Origin: Carcharhinus amblyrhynchos
Taxonomy: Eukaryota
Direction of reading: 5' to 3'
Length of the DNA: 64,000 nucleotides
Assembly: GCA_965287045.1 (NCBI GenBank)
Contig: OZ336883.1
Coordinates: 4,278,001-4,342,000, forward strand
Positions 11,799 to 25,011 of the stretch are shown piece after piece. Each line of letters starts with the position of its first letter. The first letter of the stretch is position 1. The position numbers were made by a program, and so were the translations under genes. Under the pieces are notes generated by a model that was not told where the DNA came from, did not search any database, and worked only from the letters and a program-made list of their open reading frames with translations.

Positions 11799-12118
11799 CA
11801 AACCATCAAGTCCCAGTAGCATCCTAGTAAATCTTTTCTGCACTCTTCCTAGTTTAATAATATCCTTTCTATAATAGGGTGACCAGAATTGCACACAGTG
11901 CTTCAAGTGTGGCCATACCAATGTCTCGTACAACTTCTACAAGACATCCCAACTCCTATATTCAATGTGCTGGTCGATGAAACCAAGCATGCCGAATGCC
12001 TTCTTCATCACTCTGTCCACCTGTGACTCCACTTTCAAGGAAATATGAACATAAACCCCTAGATCTCTTTGTTCTGTAACTCTCCCCAGTGCCCTACCAC
12101 TAACTGAGTAAGTTCTGC
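11799..12118 (-). mobile_element. Internal CR1 fragment with no tail, duplicate of 13717-14036
   Basis: Colinear at a constant offset of 1918 with about 9 mismatches in 320 bp. Confidence 0.85.
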
Positions 12119-12879
12119 TTTGAAATTGTAATGAGCACCAGAGAGCATTCTATTGTTTGGACAGCTGTGGCTATTATCAATGCTTCAATGAGTTTCAAGT
12201 GCTTATTGGTTTCAGGACAGTAGATGTTTCATTCATCTGAGAAGAAATGAATTTCAAGAAATTCTAATAACTGCTTGTGTCTTTCATGTAGCTTCTGAAT
12301 TGTTGACAAAAGCTAATGGATTATAAGTTTAACAAGGTTTTTCTCACGTGCCAGATTGTACTTTTTTCTATGAATGATTTGGAGGCTTTTGTTAGATGGT
12401 GAGAGGTTTATTTTTAAAAGATGTAAAATATTTTTCATTGATATTTCATGAAACATAGTGAATATTGGGTCATTGGTTATGGGTGATACATTGGGTACAT
12501 GGGGGCATAAGTAGAGTGGGTGTTTTTGGAGGCATGGAGGATTCGTTAGGGCACAGAGGAAACATTTGGAGTGATCTGTGGAAGTAGATCTATCTACTCT
12601 GTACTCAGAGAAGATTCATCCCAAAATCTCAAATTACCATGGTGGGATCAGAACTCCCATTCTCTGGATGGTTAATCCAGGCCTCTGGTGTACTAATTAC
12701 GTCATGTAAGAGTGTCAAACAATCTCTTGAAGATAGTGCCAAGTTATGTCAACCAATCAAAACTTCATTTGCTTCTCTAAATTCATTCTCAGGATGCTGG
12801 CAATCTAGAAAGGTAATGTTTATTGCCCATCATTGGTTAACCTGTGGGACATCAAGAGTTCTCTTTCTTGGAGGTGATG

Positions 12880-15850
12880 CACTTGAGCAGGACGAATAGA
12901 ACAAAGGAATACATGTTGAACGACAGGATCCTGGGAAGAACTGAGGATCAGAGGGACCTTCTGTGTGCATATACACTGGTCCTCTAAGATAGCAGGACAG
13001 GCGGAAAAGGTGGTTAGGAAAGTATATGGTTCACTTGCCTTTATTAGCGGAGGCATAGAATTTAAGAGCAGGAAGGTGTGCTCAATAAAACATTGGGTAG
13101 GCCACAGCTAAAGTATTGTGTGCAGTTCTGGAATATACATTATGGCAGGGATGTGATAGCACTGGAAAGGATGCAGAGGAGATTTACCAGGATGTTGTCT
13201 GGGCAAGAGTGTTTTCGCTATGAAGAGAGATTAGATAGAGTGGGATTCTTTTCCTTAGAGCAGGGGAGACTGAGTGGGAGATATGGAGTCACAGAGGTTT
13301 ACAGCATGGAAACAGGCCCTTTGGCCCAACTTATCCATGCTGCCCTTTTTTTTTGATCCCCCAAACTAATCCCAGTTGCCCGCATTTGGCACATATCCCT
13401 CTATACCCATTATACCCATGTAACGATCTAAATGCTTTTAAAAGATAAAGTTGTATCCTACTTCCTCTGGCAGCTAGTTCCAGACCCTCACCACCCTCTG
13501 TGTGAAAAAATTGCCCCTCTGGACACTTCTGTATCTCTCCCCTCTCACCTTAAACCTACGCCCTCTAGTTTTAGACTCCCCTACCTTTGGGAAAAGATAT
13601 TGACTATCTATCTTCTCTATGCCCCTCATTATTTTGTAGATCTCTATAAGGTCACCCCTCAGCCTCCTATGCTACAGAGAAAAAAGTTCCAGCCTATTCA
13701 ACTTCTCCTTATAGCTCAAACCATCAAGTCCCAGTAGCATCCTAGTAAATCTTTTCTGCACTCTTTCTAGTTTAATAATATCCTTTCTATAATAGGGTGA
13801 CCAGAATTGCACACAGTGTTTCAAGTGTGGCCTTACCAATGTCTCGTACAACTTCTACAAGACATCCCAACTCCTATATTCAATGTGCTGGTCAATGAAA
13901 CCAAGCATGCCGAATGTCTTCTTCATCACTCTGTCCACCTGTGACTCCACTTTCAAGGAACTATGAACATATACCCCTAGATCTCTTTGTTCTGTAACTC
14001 TCCCCAGTGCCCTACCATTAACTGAGTAAGTCCTGCCCTGGTTCAATCTACCAAAATGCATTACCTCGCATTTGTCTAAATTAAACTCCACCTGCCATTC
14101 GTCAGCCCACTGGTCCAATTGATCAAGATCCGCTGCAATTGGAGGTAACTTTCTTCACTGTCCATCATGCCACCAATTTTGGTGTCATCTGCAAATTTAC
14201 TAACCATGCCTCCTATATTCTCATCCAAATCATTAATATAAATAACAAATAAGTGGGCTCAGCACTGATCCCTGAGGCACACCACTGGTCACAGGCCTCC
14301 ACTTCGAAAAACAACTCTCTACAACCACCCTCTGGCTTCTGTCAAGAAGCCAATTTTGTATCCATTTAGATACCTCATTCTGGATCCTGTGAGATTTAAC
14401 TTTATGCAACAACTACTGTGAGCTACTTTGTCGAAGGCCTTGCTAAAGTCCATGTAGACAACATCAACTGCACTGTCCTCATCTACCTTCTCGGTTACCC
14501 CTTCAAGAAACTCAATTAAATTTGTGAGATATGATTTTCCACTCACAAAGCCATGCTGACTGTCCCTAATCAGTCCTTGCATCTCTAAATGCCAGTAGAT
14601 CCTGTCTCCCAAAATACTTCCAACAATACCTCCTTCTCTGTAATATGCACACTCCTCAAGACATCAATATTTATTTCCACAAGTTCGCCAACATCCATGC
14701 TTTTCTCAACAGCAAATATTGGTGAGAAATATTCATTTAGGATCTCATCCATCTCTTGTGGATCTGCACATAGATTACAACGCGGATAAATGTGTAGTCG
14801 TCCATTTTGGCAGAACCAATGGGATGAACGAGTACACTACCAACGGCAGGAGTCTTAGAAGTGTTGAAGAGCAGAAGGATCTTGGGGTCCGGGTCCACAG
14901 GACTCTTAAATCGGCCTCGCAGGTGGAGGATGTGGTCAAGAAGGCGTATGGTGTACTGGCCTTCATTAATCGAGGGATTGAGTTTAGGAATCGGGAGGTA
15001 ATGCTGCAACTTTATAAGACCCTTGTCAGGCCTCATTTGGAGTACTGTGCGCAGTTCTGGTCGCCTCACTATAGGAAGGACGTAGAAGCTATTGAAAGGG
15101 TACAGAGGAGATTTACAAGGATGTTGCCTGGACTGGGAGGCATGCCTTATGAAGTTAGGTTGAGGGAGCTGGGACTCTTTTCCCTGGAGAGACGAAGGTT
15201 GAGAGGCGACCTTATAGAAGTTTATAAAATGTTGAGAGGAATAGATAGGGTGGATTCTCAGAGGCTATTTCCCCGGGTTGAAATGGTCGCTATGAGGGGA
15301 CACAGATTGAAGGTGCAGGGAGGCAAGTACAGAAGTGATGTTAGGGGTAACTTTTTCACTCAGAGGGTGGTGAGTGTATGGAATCGGCTGCCGTCAGTGG
15401 TGGTGGAGGCGAACTCGCTGGGGTCTTTTAAAAGACTTCTGGATGAGTATATGGGATTAAATGGGATTGGGGGTTATAGATAGGTCTATAGATTGGTAGG
15501 TGTTGATGTGATCGGCGCAACTCATGGGCCGAAGGGCCTGTTTGTGCTGTAGTGTTCTATGTTCTATGACTGATTGGTGGGATCAATGAACAGGGACATA
15601 GACTAAGGTATGGAGCAGGAGGTTGGGAGGGGATATGAGAAAAACCTTTTCACCCAATGGTGATGTAAGTCTGGAACTCACTGCCTGAAAGGGTGGTGGA
15701 GACAGAGACCTTCATTGCATTTAAAATGTATTTAGATTTGCACTTGTGATGGCAAGGCATGTCAAGCTATGGACCAAGTGATGGGAAATGTGATGAAAAT
15801 TGATTTGTCTTTGGGCGGCACAGATGTGATGGGCCAAAGGGCCTTTATTC
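12880..15850. mobile_element. Nested CR1 cluster: older + copy (about 12880-13270 and 15570-15870) interrupted by a - copy (about 13280-14775) and a younger + copy (14775-15568)
   Basis: RT motifs in ORFs 13078-13356 (+), 13855-14118 (-), 14319-14612 (-) and 14719-15483 (+), with separate 3' tails. Confidence 0.88.
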
Positions 15851-15964
15851 TGCGTTCTATATCTCTATGACTCTAAGGACAGTTGAGTCAGTTGGATTTT
15901 TTGAATGTCCAAATGCTTCTGGATTTGTATTTCATGTTACAATGTGACATCATTTCCATTCAAT

Positions 15965-16785
15965 TTGTGATACTGACACCACCATAGTGAGTCAGATCTC
16001 AAACAATGATGAGTTAGAGTATAGGAAAGAGATAGAGAATCTGGTGAATTGGTGCAATGACAATAGTCTCTCCCTCAATGTCAGCAAAACGAAGGAGATA
16101 GTCATTGACTTCAGGAAGTGTAGTGGAGAAAATGTCCCTGTCTATATCTATGGGGATGAAGTAGAAATGGTCCAGATCACCAACAATCTTTCTGGTTCCT
16201 CCATGCCGATGCAATAGTTAAGGAAGCCTACCAATGCCTCTACTTTCTCAGGAAGCTAAGGAATTTTGAAATGTCAGCTATGACTCTTACCAACCTTTGC
16301 TGCTGCACCATAGAAAGCATCCTTTCTGGATGTAACATCTTGATATGACTCCTGTTCTGACCAAGACCGCAAGAAACTACCAAGGGTCGTGAACAAAGCC
16401 CAGTCTACCATACAAATCAGCCTCCCACCCATTGATTCTGTCTACACTTCCTGCTGCCTCAGGAAAGCAGCCAGCTTAATCAAGGATCCCATGTACCCTG
16501 GACATTCTCTCTTCCACTTTCTTCCATCAGGAAAAAGATACAAAAGTCTGAGGTCAAGTACCAGCTGACTCAAAAACAGTTTCTTCCCTGCTGCCATCAG
16601 ACTTTTGAATGGGCCTACCTTATATGAAGTTGATCTTTCTCAACACCCTAGCTATGACTACAACACTACTTTCTGCACCCTCTCCTTTCCTTCTCTATGA
16701 ACGGATGCTTTGTCTTTAGAGCATGCAAGAAACAATACTTTTCACTTTATATTAATACATGTGACAATAATAAATCAAATCAAAC
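15965..16785 (+). mobile_element. Rex1/Babar-type LINE 3' fragment
   Basis: NNDELEYRKEIENLVNWCNDNSLSLNVSKTKEIVIDFRK; tail tgtgacaataataaatcaaatcaaa, also seen at 25585-25805 and inverted at 44420-44740. Confidence 0.8.
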
Positions 16786-17589
16786 ATCAAAAGAATCCTT
16801 GGCATATAGCATTGTTAAACAATTAACATTGCATAACCTAAGATCCAGACACTGCTGAAAGACTCAAATTAATTTTGAGTTCTCATTGGTTCTTCCTAAA
16901 TTTGACGGACTGTCATTTTGAAATGTTATTAGCTCAATTATCTGTCTTGTATTTGCTGTTATTACAGAGCTATCTACCTTTTCTATTACAGAATCAGAAT
17001 TGCAGAATTTTTTACAGTGCACAAGGAGGCCACTCAACACAACAAGCCTGCACGGGCTCACTGAAAGAACATTATACTCCATCCTATTCCCCTGCCTTAC
17101 CCTCATAACTTTGCACATTCTTTCTTTTCATATAGAGTCAAATTCCATTCTGAATACCTTGATCAAACGTCCTCCACCTTCCACCTCTCAGGAAGTTTGT
17201 TTCAGACTCCAATCGCCCTCTGGTTGAAAATAAAATTCCTCACATAACTTTTACTGCTTTGCCCTTACTTTGAATCTGTGCCCTCTTGTCTTGATGTACT
17301 CTTGAGAACGAACAGTTTCTCACTATTCATCCTGTCCATACCCCTCAGGATCTTGAATACCCCCATCAAGTCCCTTCTCAGCCTTTTCCAACCTCTCCAA
17401 TCTATCCTCATAGCTACAGTTGTTTATCTCTGGAATCATTCTTGTGAATCTCTTCTGTACTCTAAAATGTGAAAAAATAATAAATAATTGAAATAATAAA
17501 CAATTAAATGAATCACTCATCAGCAAAATTGATAAAAATACAGATCTCACCAAAATTATTTGAGGGTAAGTAGTGTAGGAATAAAGGAT

Positions 17590-18452
17590 TAAAATATAAG
17601 GTTGGTGGTGTTGTGGATGGTCTGGAGGGATATCAGAAGTTGCAGCGGGACATAGATAGGATGCAAGACTAGGCGGAGAAGTGGCAGATGGACTTCAACG
17701 CAGATAAATGTGTAGTGGTCCATTTTGGCAGGACCAATGGGATGAAGGAATACAATATCAAGGGTAGGAGTCTTAGCTGTGTTGAAGAGCAGAAGGATCT
17801 TGGGGTCCGGGTCCATAGGACTCTTAAATCGGCCTCGCAGGTGGAGGATGTGGTCAAGAAGGCATATGGTGTACTGGCCTTCATTAATCGAGGGATTGAG
17901 TTTAGGAGTCGGGAGGTAATGCTGCAACTTTATAAGACCCTTGTCAGACCCCACTTGGAGTACTGTGCACAGTTCTGGTCACCTCACTACAGGAAGGATG
18001 TGGAAGCTATTGAAAGGGTGCAGAGGAGATTTACAAGGATGTTGTCTGGATTGGGAGCTGGGACTCTTCTTCCTGGAGAGACGAAGGTTGAGAGGCGACC
18101 TGATAGATGTTGAGAGGAATAGATAGGGTGGATTCTCAGAGGCTATTTCCCTGGGCTGAAATGGTCGCTACGAGAGGACACAGATTTAAGGTGCAGGGAA
18201 GCAAGTACAGAGGAGATGTTAGGGGTAAGTTTTTCACTCAGAGGGTGGTGAGTGAATGGAATCAGCTGCCGTCGGTGGTGGTGGAGGCGAACTCGCTGGG
18301 GTCTTTTAAAAGACTTCTGGATGAGTATATGGGATCTAATGGGATTGGGGGTTATATATAGGTCTGTGGCTTTGTAGGTATAGAAGTGATCGGCGCAACT
18401 TGTGGGCCGAAGGGCCTGTTTGTGCTGTAGTGTTCTATGTTCTATGTTCTAT
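17590..18452 (+). mobile_element. CR1 3' fragment, same subfamily as 14775-15568
   Basis: ORFs 17688-18113 and 18107-18361; tail (atgttct)n. Confidence 0.92.
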
Positions 18453-18814
18453 AAGAATAGATTGTATAGAATAGGCTTGTATTCCCTTGAATATAGAAGA
18501 TTAATCTAATTGAGGGTGTAGAGGATGATTGAGAATTTAATAAGGTGGAGAAAAGTTATTTCTTCTAGTGGAGAAATCTTGAACAAATTGGCATAACTCT
18601 AAAATTAAAACCATTCAGGGGTGATATTAAAAAAGCATTTGTTCAGACAAAGGATAGTAAAAATCTGGAACTCTCAGCCCCAAAAAGCCACTGAGGCTAG
18701 GGATCAATAGAAATTTTCAAAACCAAGGCTGGTTGATTTCTATTAATCAAGAGTGAGAGGTTATGGAACAGGTAGATCAATTTAGGATGTATTTCAACTC
18801 CGATCTAATTAAAT

Positions 18815-20215
18815 GGATCCAGTTAGACAGGACAAATCCAATCCGGCCAATTACTGCCCCATTAGCCTACTCTCAATCATCAGTAAAGTGATGGAAGGGG
18901 TCATTGACAGTGCTGTCAAGCAGCTCCTGCTCAACAATTATCTGCTCTGTGAAGTTCAGTTTGGGTTTTGCCAGGGTCACTCAGCTCCTGTCCTCATTCA
19001 ACACATGGTTCAAACATGGACAAAAGAGCTGAATTTCAGGATGAGGTGAGAGTGACAGCCCTTGATATTAAGGGTGCATTTGACTGAGAGTGTCATCAAG
19101 GAGCCCAAGCAAAACTGTAATCAATGGGTATCAAGGAGAAAACTCTCCGTTAATTGGAATCATACCTGATGTAGGAAGATGCTTATGGTCGTGGAGGGTC
19201 AGTCATCTCAGCTCCATGACATCTCAGTAGGAGTCCCTCAGGGTAGTGTCCTAAGCCCCACCATCTACAGCTGCTTCATCAATGACCTTCCCCCATCATA
19301 AGGTCAGAAGTGGGGATTTTCACCAATGATCGCACAATTTTCACTTTTATTTTTATTTCCTCAGATGCACAATCCATGTTCAAATATGACAAGATCTGGA
19401 CAATATCCAGGCTTGGGCTGACAAGTAGCAAGTAACATTCACATCACACAAATGCCAGGCCATGACTATCACCAAAAAGAGACAATCCAACCACCACACC
19501 TTGATATTCAATGGTGTTACCATTACTGAATCCCCTACTGTCAACATCCTTGAGGTTACCATTGACCAAAATCTCAACTAAATTCACCACATAAACACAG
19601 TGGCTACGAAAACAGGTCAGACGCTAGGAATGTTGTGGTGAGTAACTGTAACTCACTTCCTGACTCCTCAAATGCCTATCCACCATCTACAAGGCACAAG
19701 TCAGCAGTGTGATGGAATATTCCCCCCTTCCCTGGATGGGTGCAGCTCCAACAACAGTCAAGAACCGTCACATCATCCAGGACAAAGCAGCCACATCTAT
19801 TGGCACCACATCTACAAATATCCACTCCTTCCAGCACTGACGCTCACAGCAGCAAGGTGTACTATCTATAAGATGCACTGCAGCAATTCACCAAAGATCC
19901 TTAGACAGCATCTTCTAAGCCCATGAAAACTTCCATCTAGAAGGACAAAGACAGCAGATAAATGGGAACACAAACACCACCTGCAAGTTTCCCTCCAAGC
20001 TACTCACCATTCCGACTTAGAAATATATTGCCATTCTTTAGAAGCCACTGGGTCAAAATCCTGAAATTCCCTCCCTGCCAGCATTGTGGGTCAATCCACA
20101 GCTCGTAGACTGCAGTGTTTCAAGAAGGACGCTCAGCACCACAAGGGTAATTAATGATGGGCAATAAATCCTGGCCAGTCAGTGATGCCATGTCCTACAA
20201 ATGAATTTTTAAAAA
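18815..20215 (+). mobile_element. Older CR1-clade LINE RT fragment
   Basis: QDKSNPANYCPISLLSIISKVMEG, QFGF, GVPQGSVL; frameshifted. Confidence 0.85.
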
Positions 20216-20345
20216 TGGCAGAACAGAGTTAAGGGGTTGAACAGTCTTCTCTTCCTATGGAGGGCCTTTAATCCAAAATTCCTATAAAATGGCACATTTT
20301 ACATGAAAACATCTTTTAATCTAATTTCGGGAGGAAAGAAATCTA

Positions 20346-21650
20346 TTATGAGGCACCTTATCAAACGCTTTTTGAAAATCTAGAAATACCACATCCATTG
20401 GTTCCCCTCTGATGTGACTAGTGCGGTAGACAGAGGGGAACCAGTGGCTGTGGTGTTTCTAGATTTTCAAAAGGCGTTTGATAAGGTGCCTCATAAAAGG
20501 TTGCTAAGAAGGTTAGGGTGCACAGAGTTGGGGGTAATGTGTTAGCGTGGATAGAGGATTGGTTGTCTAATAGGAAACAGAGAGTTGGTATCAATGGGTG
20601 CTATTCTGATTGGTGGTTGGTAACTAGTGGCGTGCCGCAGGGATCGGTGCTGGGGCCTCGGCCATTTACCATTTATATAGATGATCTGGAGGAGGGGGCT
20701 GAGTGTAGGGTGACGAAATTTGCTGATGACACGAAGATGAGTGGTAAAGCAAATTGCGTGGAGGGTGTGGAAAGTCTGCAGAGGGATCTGGATAGGCTGA
20801 GCGAGTGGGCGAGGACCTGGCAGATGGAGTATAATGTTAGCAAGTGTGAAGTTATCCACTTTGGTAGAAATAATAGTAGGAGGGATTACTATTTAAAGGA
20901 CGAAAAGCTGCAGCATGCTACGGTGCAGAGGGAGCTGGGGGTCCTTGTGCATGAGTGCAAAAACCCAGCGTGCAGGTGCAGCAGGTGATCAAGAAGGCGA
21001 ATGGGATGCTGGCCTTCATAGCGAGGGGGATAGAATATAAAAGCAGGGAGGTCTTGCTGCAACTGTACAGGGCACTGGTGAGGCCACAGCTGGAGTACTG
21101 TGTGCAGTTTTGGTCGCCGCACTTGCGGAAGGATATATTGGCCTTGGAGGGAGTGCAGAGGAGGTTCACTAGGCTGATACCGGAGATGAGGGGATTGAAC
21201 TATGAAGAGAGATTAAATAGACTGGGTCTGTACTCGTTGGAGTTTAGAAGGATGAGGGGGGATCTTTTCGAGACATATAAGATAATGAAGGGGATGGATA
21301 GGGTAGAGGTAGAGAGATTCTTCCCACTTAGAAAGGATAGCAGGACTAGAGGGCACAACTTCAAGATAAGGGGGGCGCAGTTTAGATTGGAGTTGAGGAG
21401 GAACTTCTTCACTCAAAGGGTGGTGAATCTCTGGAGTTCTCTGCCCATTGAAGTGGTGGCGGCTACCTCACTAAATATATTTAAGTCACGGGTAGATAGG
21501 TTTTTGACAGACAAGGGAATTAAGGATTATGGGGAGAAAGCGAGAAAGTGGAATTGATCCACTTCAGATCAGCCATGATCTTATTGAATTGCGGAGCAGG
21601 CTCAAAGGGCTAGATGGCCTACTCCTGCTCCTATTTCTTATGTTCTTATT
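20346..21650 (+). mobile_element. CR1 copy with a 66-bp inverted duplication at its 5' end
   Basis: RT ORFs 20518-20988 and 20955-21557; 20346-20411 is the reverse complement of 20431-20496. Confidence 0.92.
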
Positions 21651-22029
21651 ATATTTTTGTCTTCAAAGAAAATTTACAGTTCAGTTTCAAGGTAATTGGG
21701 TGAAATTTGTTTCTGGGCAATGATGCAAAAGAGGTGGTAGCCTATCAAAAACCATCTTACATCATGCTCCTGATTTTATTTTCCATCAAGCTAAATGGCT
21801 TAAGTGGGAAAGAAATCAAGAGTGCAATGTAAAATGAGCTGCTGTTTTAACAGGCTGATCGACTATGGGTGAATATCGCCAGCCAATCTGGCTGAAGCTT
21901 TTCTGATCTGAACCACCTCTTTGGAGGAGTAATACCATTTCCCTGATACAGTTATCCCTTTAACATCTCACTTGTCACTTGCTCTCCATCTGTAAGTGAT
22001 GCATGAGCAATGGGACAGACTTCTTCTGA

Positions 22030-23130
22030 GTGTGAGACAGTCTAAGTACATTTAGCAATTTAGATCAAAGTAGGAATTTGGTGATTAGGGAAAGGAGATG
22101 CTCATTTGCTTTCTAGCCTTTTCATCCTTCAGAAAGTGGTCTTGCCTGGCAGCAGGGAAAGTGGATACTTACTTGGTGAGTATTTCAGCTGCTGTGGGGC
22201 CGCAGTGGGAAAAAAAGATAACCATGAAGTCACAAGAAACTGATAAGATGATTGGCTGGTAAGTGCTAAGTGTAGGGGCAGTATGTGAAAGACTAGCGTC
22301 TGGAATAAGGGAAAGTTAGGGTCTATATAGTAAGGTAATCCAAGTAATCCGAAATAGAATAGAGTTACTGCAAGAGAAGCAAAGTTAAGAAATTACAGGA
22401 TTGCTCGGTCAAGTGGAATGCTTGTCCTATAAAATGTGTAAAGTCAAGGGTGTTTCCAGTTTCCAGTGCAGGAAGTGCTGTCAGCTGGAGAAAATTGAGG
22501 TCCAGGTTTCAGAGCTCAAACGGCACCTGGAGTTAGTGGGGTACATCTGCAAGGTGAGGAACAGTGTTCATACCACAGCTTAAGTGCCTGGAAGCAGAAA
22601 GGGAATGCACACCTTGAGAACTAGACAGGTAGTGTCGAAGCCCCCTGGGGTCCTGTTCAGAAAGCGTTTCCATTTTGGAAGCTGTTGAGGGTGTTAGCTT
22701 TTCAGAGGAGTGCAGCTAGGTTTGTGGCACCATGAATGACTCAGCTGGATGGGAGAAGAGAAAGAAGAAGAGCACAGTAATAGTGATAGAGATTCGTAAA
22801 GAATCCTGGTGCCAGGATCAAGGATGTCACAGAGTAGCTGTTGGATATTCTTCTGGGGGAGGGTGAACAGCCAGAGGTTATGATCCACATTGGTACCAAT
22901 GACTTGGGTACGAAGAGGACTTTTCCCATTGGTGAGAAGAAGGAACTGCCTGGAAGTGTGATGGAAGCAGGTTCAATCGAGAATTTCAAGAGCACATTAG
23001 ATGATTACTTGAATAGAAACAATATAGAGGGCTATGGGAAAAGGCAAGGAAATGGCACTAAGCTATGCTTGTTTTGGAGAGCTGGTACAGGCGTAATTGG
23101 CCAAATGGCTTCTGTACGATAAAGATTCTA
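22030..23130 (+). mobile_element. Internally deleted CR1 retaining ORF1 (zinc finger and SGNH esterase) fused to the 3' tail
   Basis: CRKCCQLEKIEVQVSELKRHL, GDxFV, PGARIKDV and EQPEVMIHIGTNDLG, then a jump to LPGSVMEAGSIENFK and the tail. Confidence 0.8.
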
Positions 23131-23232
23131 TCATTTTGTGCTTTTCGCATTTTTGAAAATGAAGTGTTAATCCCTCCTGCTAATCATGTGGTTTCAAAAT
23201 AGCTGTAACATATGACCCCAAATATGGTGTTA

Positions 23233-23538
23233 TCATAAAATCACCATATTGCAGAAGGAGGCCATTTGGCCCATCGAGTCTGCACTGACAACAATCCCAC
23301 TCAGGACCTATCCCCATAATCCCATTTATTTACACTGTTAATTCCCCCGACACCAAGAGGCAAGTTAGCATGGCCAGTCAACCTAACCTACATATCTTTG
23401 GAGTGTGGAAAGAACCCAGGACACCTTGAGGAAACCCACGCACACACAGGGAGAACATGCAGGCTCCATATAGACTGTCACCGAGGCCAGAATTGAACCT
23501 GGGTCCCTGGCGCTATAAGGTAGGCGTGCTAACCATTA
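23233..23538 (-). mobile_element. tRNA-head V-domain SINE with CR1-type tail
   Basis: A box (tggttagcac), B box (ggttcaattc) and V-type body; 5-bp TSD tgtta at 23228-23232 and 23539-23543. Confidence 0.85.
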
Positions 23539-25011
23539 TGTTAACACTAGAAGTTTCCCTGTGCAAATATCTGATCCTAAAATTTCACCACCTTCCAAAT
23601 GTTCTGCCAAGTCAGAGGCCTGCGGCGGTCGTTGATCTAACCCTCCTGGGAGTTGAATCACATCTTCCTGAAACATGTCCTCAGTTTCAATATTATGAGC
23701 AAGGCTTGGTTCTTCCTTGGGTTCTACTGAATGAAAGTCCAACCTTTCTGAAGAGGCCAACATGCTCTCCTGGATACTGGGAAATACATCAGGCTTCTGG
23801 GATTGCTCATCTCCTTTCAGGCATTGGCCCTTCTCAGTTGTAGCTTTAACTTTGGTTTTAGTTCCCTGACACTTTGTCAGAGTGCAGGTTTCCTTCAATT
23901 GGTTCTCTGGAGGCTGTTGATGCTTAACAATCAGATGAGTCACATTCATCGGTTTGCTACACAGTGCAGCGGACATTGAAGTATTATGTCTGGATTCTGT
24001 GGCTGGTGCTTCAATTCGCCTTTCTCCCACTGAAACAGTTATTCCCAAAGTTTTCAAATCCTGATGAGACTTCCTCTTGTGATGAACTGAACTGATTTCC
24101 AGCCCAGTTGTCCCTGTGCTGTGATCCTCTGTACCTGTTGAACACGTGTCGCCCTTGGCTAACTGGCTTTCTTCAAGGTTAACACCATCTGTAGCATCTA
24201 ATGCTTTACCATTGTTTCCATTCTCGAGTTTAACTGATTTTTCTGAGTCTACTTTCATCTGGTCACCATGATCGTCATAAAAACTGATCTTATTTTCTTT
24301 CCTGCCTGATTTGTTTGATAACTGCTCAGGAGAGCCTACCGGGTTGGCAGTTGGTGGGAAACATTTTTTTCCATGTTTGCAGGTTTCTGAATGTCCACAG
24401 CTGCAATAACAAATAGTTTGTGCATAGTTATTGAGCCCATTGGGATGGCTGACACAGGGATAGTCCTCATCTGCCAGGGTCTTATAGCTGGAGATGCCTG
24501 GTTGAGCTAGGTTCCAGGGTTGATTGCATTCTCCCTTCGCCAATTGCTCATCTGGGACTATCTCCTCTTTCTCCATGCCAGCTGTGCTTGTGTGGCAGAA
24601 CACCTCAGCAAGAGACTCTGGCTTCCTCCTGTTCACCATAAAAGAGGTCCTGGAAGAGTTGATAGATGGAACCTTTTCTAGGTTGTGATGGTAAATATCA
24701 TGGAATGAGGGTGGATCTTCAGGAGGAGAGTGTGGTGCAAGTGGAGTTGAAGGATATGGGTGAGCACAAAGCCATTCAATGACATAGGATTTGGAGGAAG
24801 AAGATTCAATGTCAGACAACTGAGGAGAAGAGTAGGATCCATCTTCAACTAACAATTCTTTTGCTGGTTGCCTTTTCTTGCATAATTTCTTTGACTTTCC
24901 TTTGGCCTTTCCACTTTCTACTTCGGTCATTTCTCATTGGTCTCTGGCAGCCAAACTGTATACCACCTTATATTTTCTATGGGAAGAGTTTCTTCAGTCA
25001 AGTGATTGCAG
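23536..25011 (-). pseudogene. Large low-complexity exon (464-aa open stretch) of an unidentified gene, apparently disrupted
   Basis: Non-repeat ORF 24930-23536, S/E/K/T-rich. A strong acceptor (ttcttttcttag) lies before 25011 in frame with the ORF but with two TGA codons before the ATG. The ORF's stop codon is supplied by the SINE insertion. Confidence 0.55.

Noticed and set aside
24930-25011. In-frame TGA codons read as selenocysteine
   Set aside because: No SECIS recognised, the contexts fit Arg (CGA>TGA), and TAG stops and TE insertions also disrupt the frame.
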